A stretch of 64,000 bases of DNA, taken from NCBI GenBank assembly GCA_024679065.1, contig JAGIQG010000002.1, forward strand, positions 96,348,001-96,412,000. Reading direction: 5' to 3'. Of the stretch, positions 63,025 through 64,000 are shown piece after piece. The notes below the pieces were generated by a model, which was given only the letters and a program-made list of their open reading frames with translations, did no database searches and was not told where the DNA came from. The position numbers and the translations under genes are program-made. Origin of the DNA: Sphyrna mokarran (Eukaryota). The stretch's first letter is position 1, and each line of letters begins with the position of its first letter.

Positions 63025-64000
63025 TTTTAACAGAAGAAAATTATGGCACATCCAAGAATGAAAGTTTGACAACATAGATGCAGTGGAGTGGGTGAGAGGT
63101 AGAGCACAGTGTTATTTATTTGCATGGAAAACAGTTGTTTGTAAATTATGACCCATTATTAGTGAAAAATGTCACCAAAGGGGAAGCATTTAGTGAGGTG
63201 AGGGTTGGACCAAGAATCAACTCATGCGTACTCCAGAGATAACAATCTCCAGAGATAATTGATGGAAAGAAGAGCCACTGATGGAGATGGTCTTTCTGCG
63301 ATTACATAGGTTAGAATGAAACTCAGTAAGTATCCTATTGAGCTGAACCACTGAGAAGAAGCGTTGAAGCAAAATCCCACCATCCAAATCAAAGGATTCA
63401 GAAATGTCAAGGAGCATGAAGAGGGATAAGGCACCAATCAGCATGGAAGGCATTTATTAGAGTCCTCAGATATTCCTCAGTTCCTAAGATAAAGGATTAA
63501 AAAACTTCAAATGACAGGCAAGGAATGTATGTATTCTTATGTATTGAGTTCGGATTTTAAAATGGAGTTGGATTATTGATATTTGGTAACTACATTTTTA
63601 CACTACAAGCATTTAATAGTTTTTATGTATTGTGTACTGTTTAACTACGAACATTAGATTTTTATGCACACGACACTGAACTTCTAATGTATGGCCATTT
63701 GAATTTCTAATAATAACTATTTTGCCTTTATGTAATACTTTTTATTTTTTTAAGATGCTCGAAAGTACTTCACAGCCAATAAATTATTTTGGAATACAAA
63801 GACCATTCTAATGTAGGATAGCATGGCAACCAATTCACACACAATTAAAGCTCCTGGGACTGTAACAACTCTTTAGTAGTGGGCAAGAAACACTGGCACT
63901 TGAAAAATCCTACCCATTAAACAGAAATATTACAGGAGTTTGAGATGGGCAAGGTTTATTTTACTCCCCCCATGTTGTTATTCTGACGTCGTTTTTACGT

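Larger units (their letters stand above)
61715..63460 (-). mobile_element. Old L2 LINE relic (RT to 3' end) with nested insertions
   Basis: ALSLFMLLDISESFD...ILLQRFFSVVQL...VISGV (ORF 63217-63453), WMCHNFLLL (63028-63054), AIVFG (62537-62551), L2 tail at 61715. Confidence 0.8.

Noticed and set aside
1-64000. CRISPR array, operon or other prokaryotic/phage system
   Set aside because: No repeat-spacer arrays or long ORFs; the content is vertebrate transposon-rich non-coding DNA.

Overview
Eukaryotic, AT-rich, repeat-dense non-coding DNA. The repeat complement (HE1-type V-SINEs, CR1/L2/Rex1 LINEs, hammerhead-bearing Penelope elements, spliced Harbinger Myb/transposase relics) points to a cartilaginous fish, probably a shark (inference). 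I found no intact host protein-coding gene; the recognisable ORFs in the track are transposon relics and the rest look like chance ORFs. Highlights: (1) a ~470-bp composite insertion that splits an L2 RT motif, made of a near-perfect copy of DNA 1.4 kb upstream fused to a stop-free double zinc-finger fragment resembling the N-terminus of an R2/NeSL/Utopia-group retrotransposon; (2) a second, older local duplication inserted into a Harbinger relic; (3) several Penelope copies with inverted pLTRs, TSDs and minimal hammerhead ribozyme cores, including a 255-bp fold-back mini-element; (4) many HARBI1-like transposase and Myb/SANT relics; (5) two long hairpins and a motif-dense enhancer candidate. 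All family calls are from motif recognition by eye, not database searches, and many boundaries are approximate.
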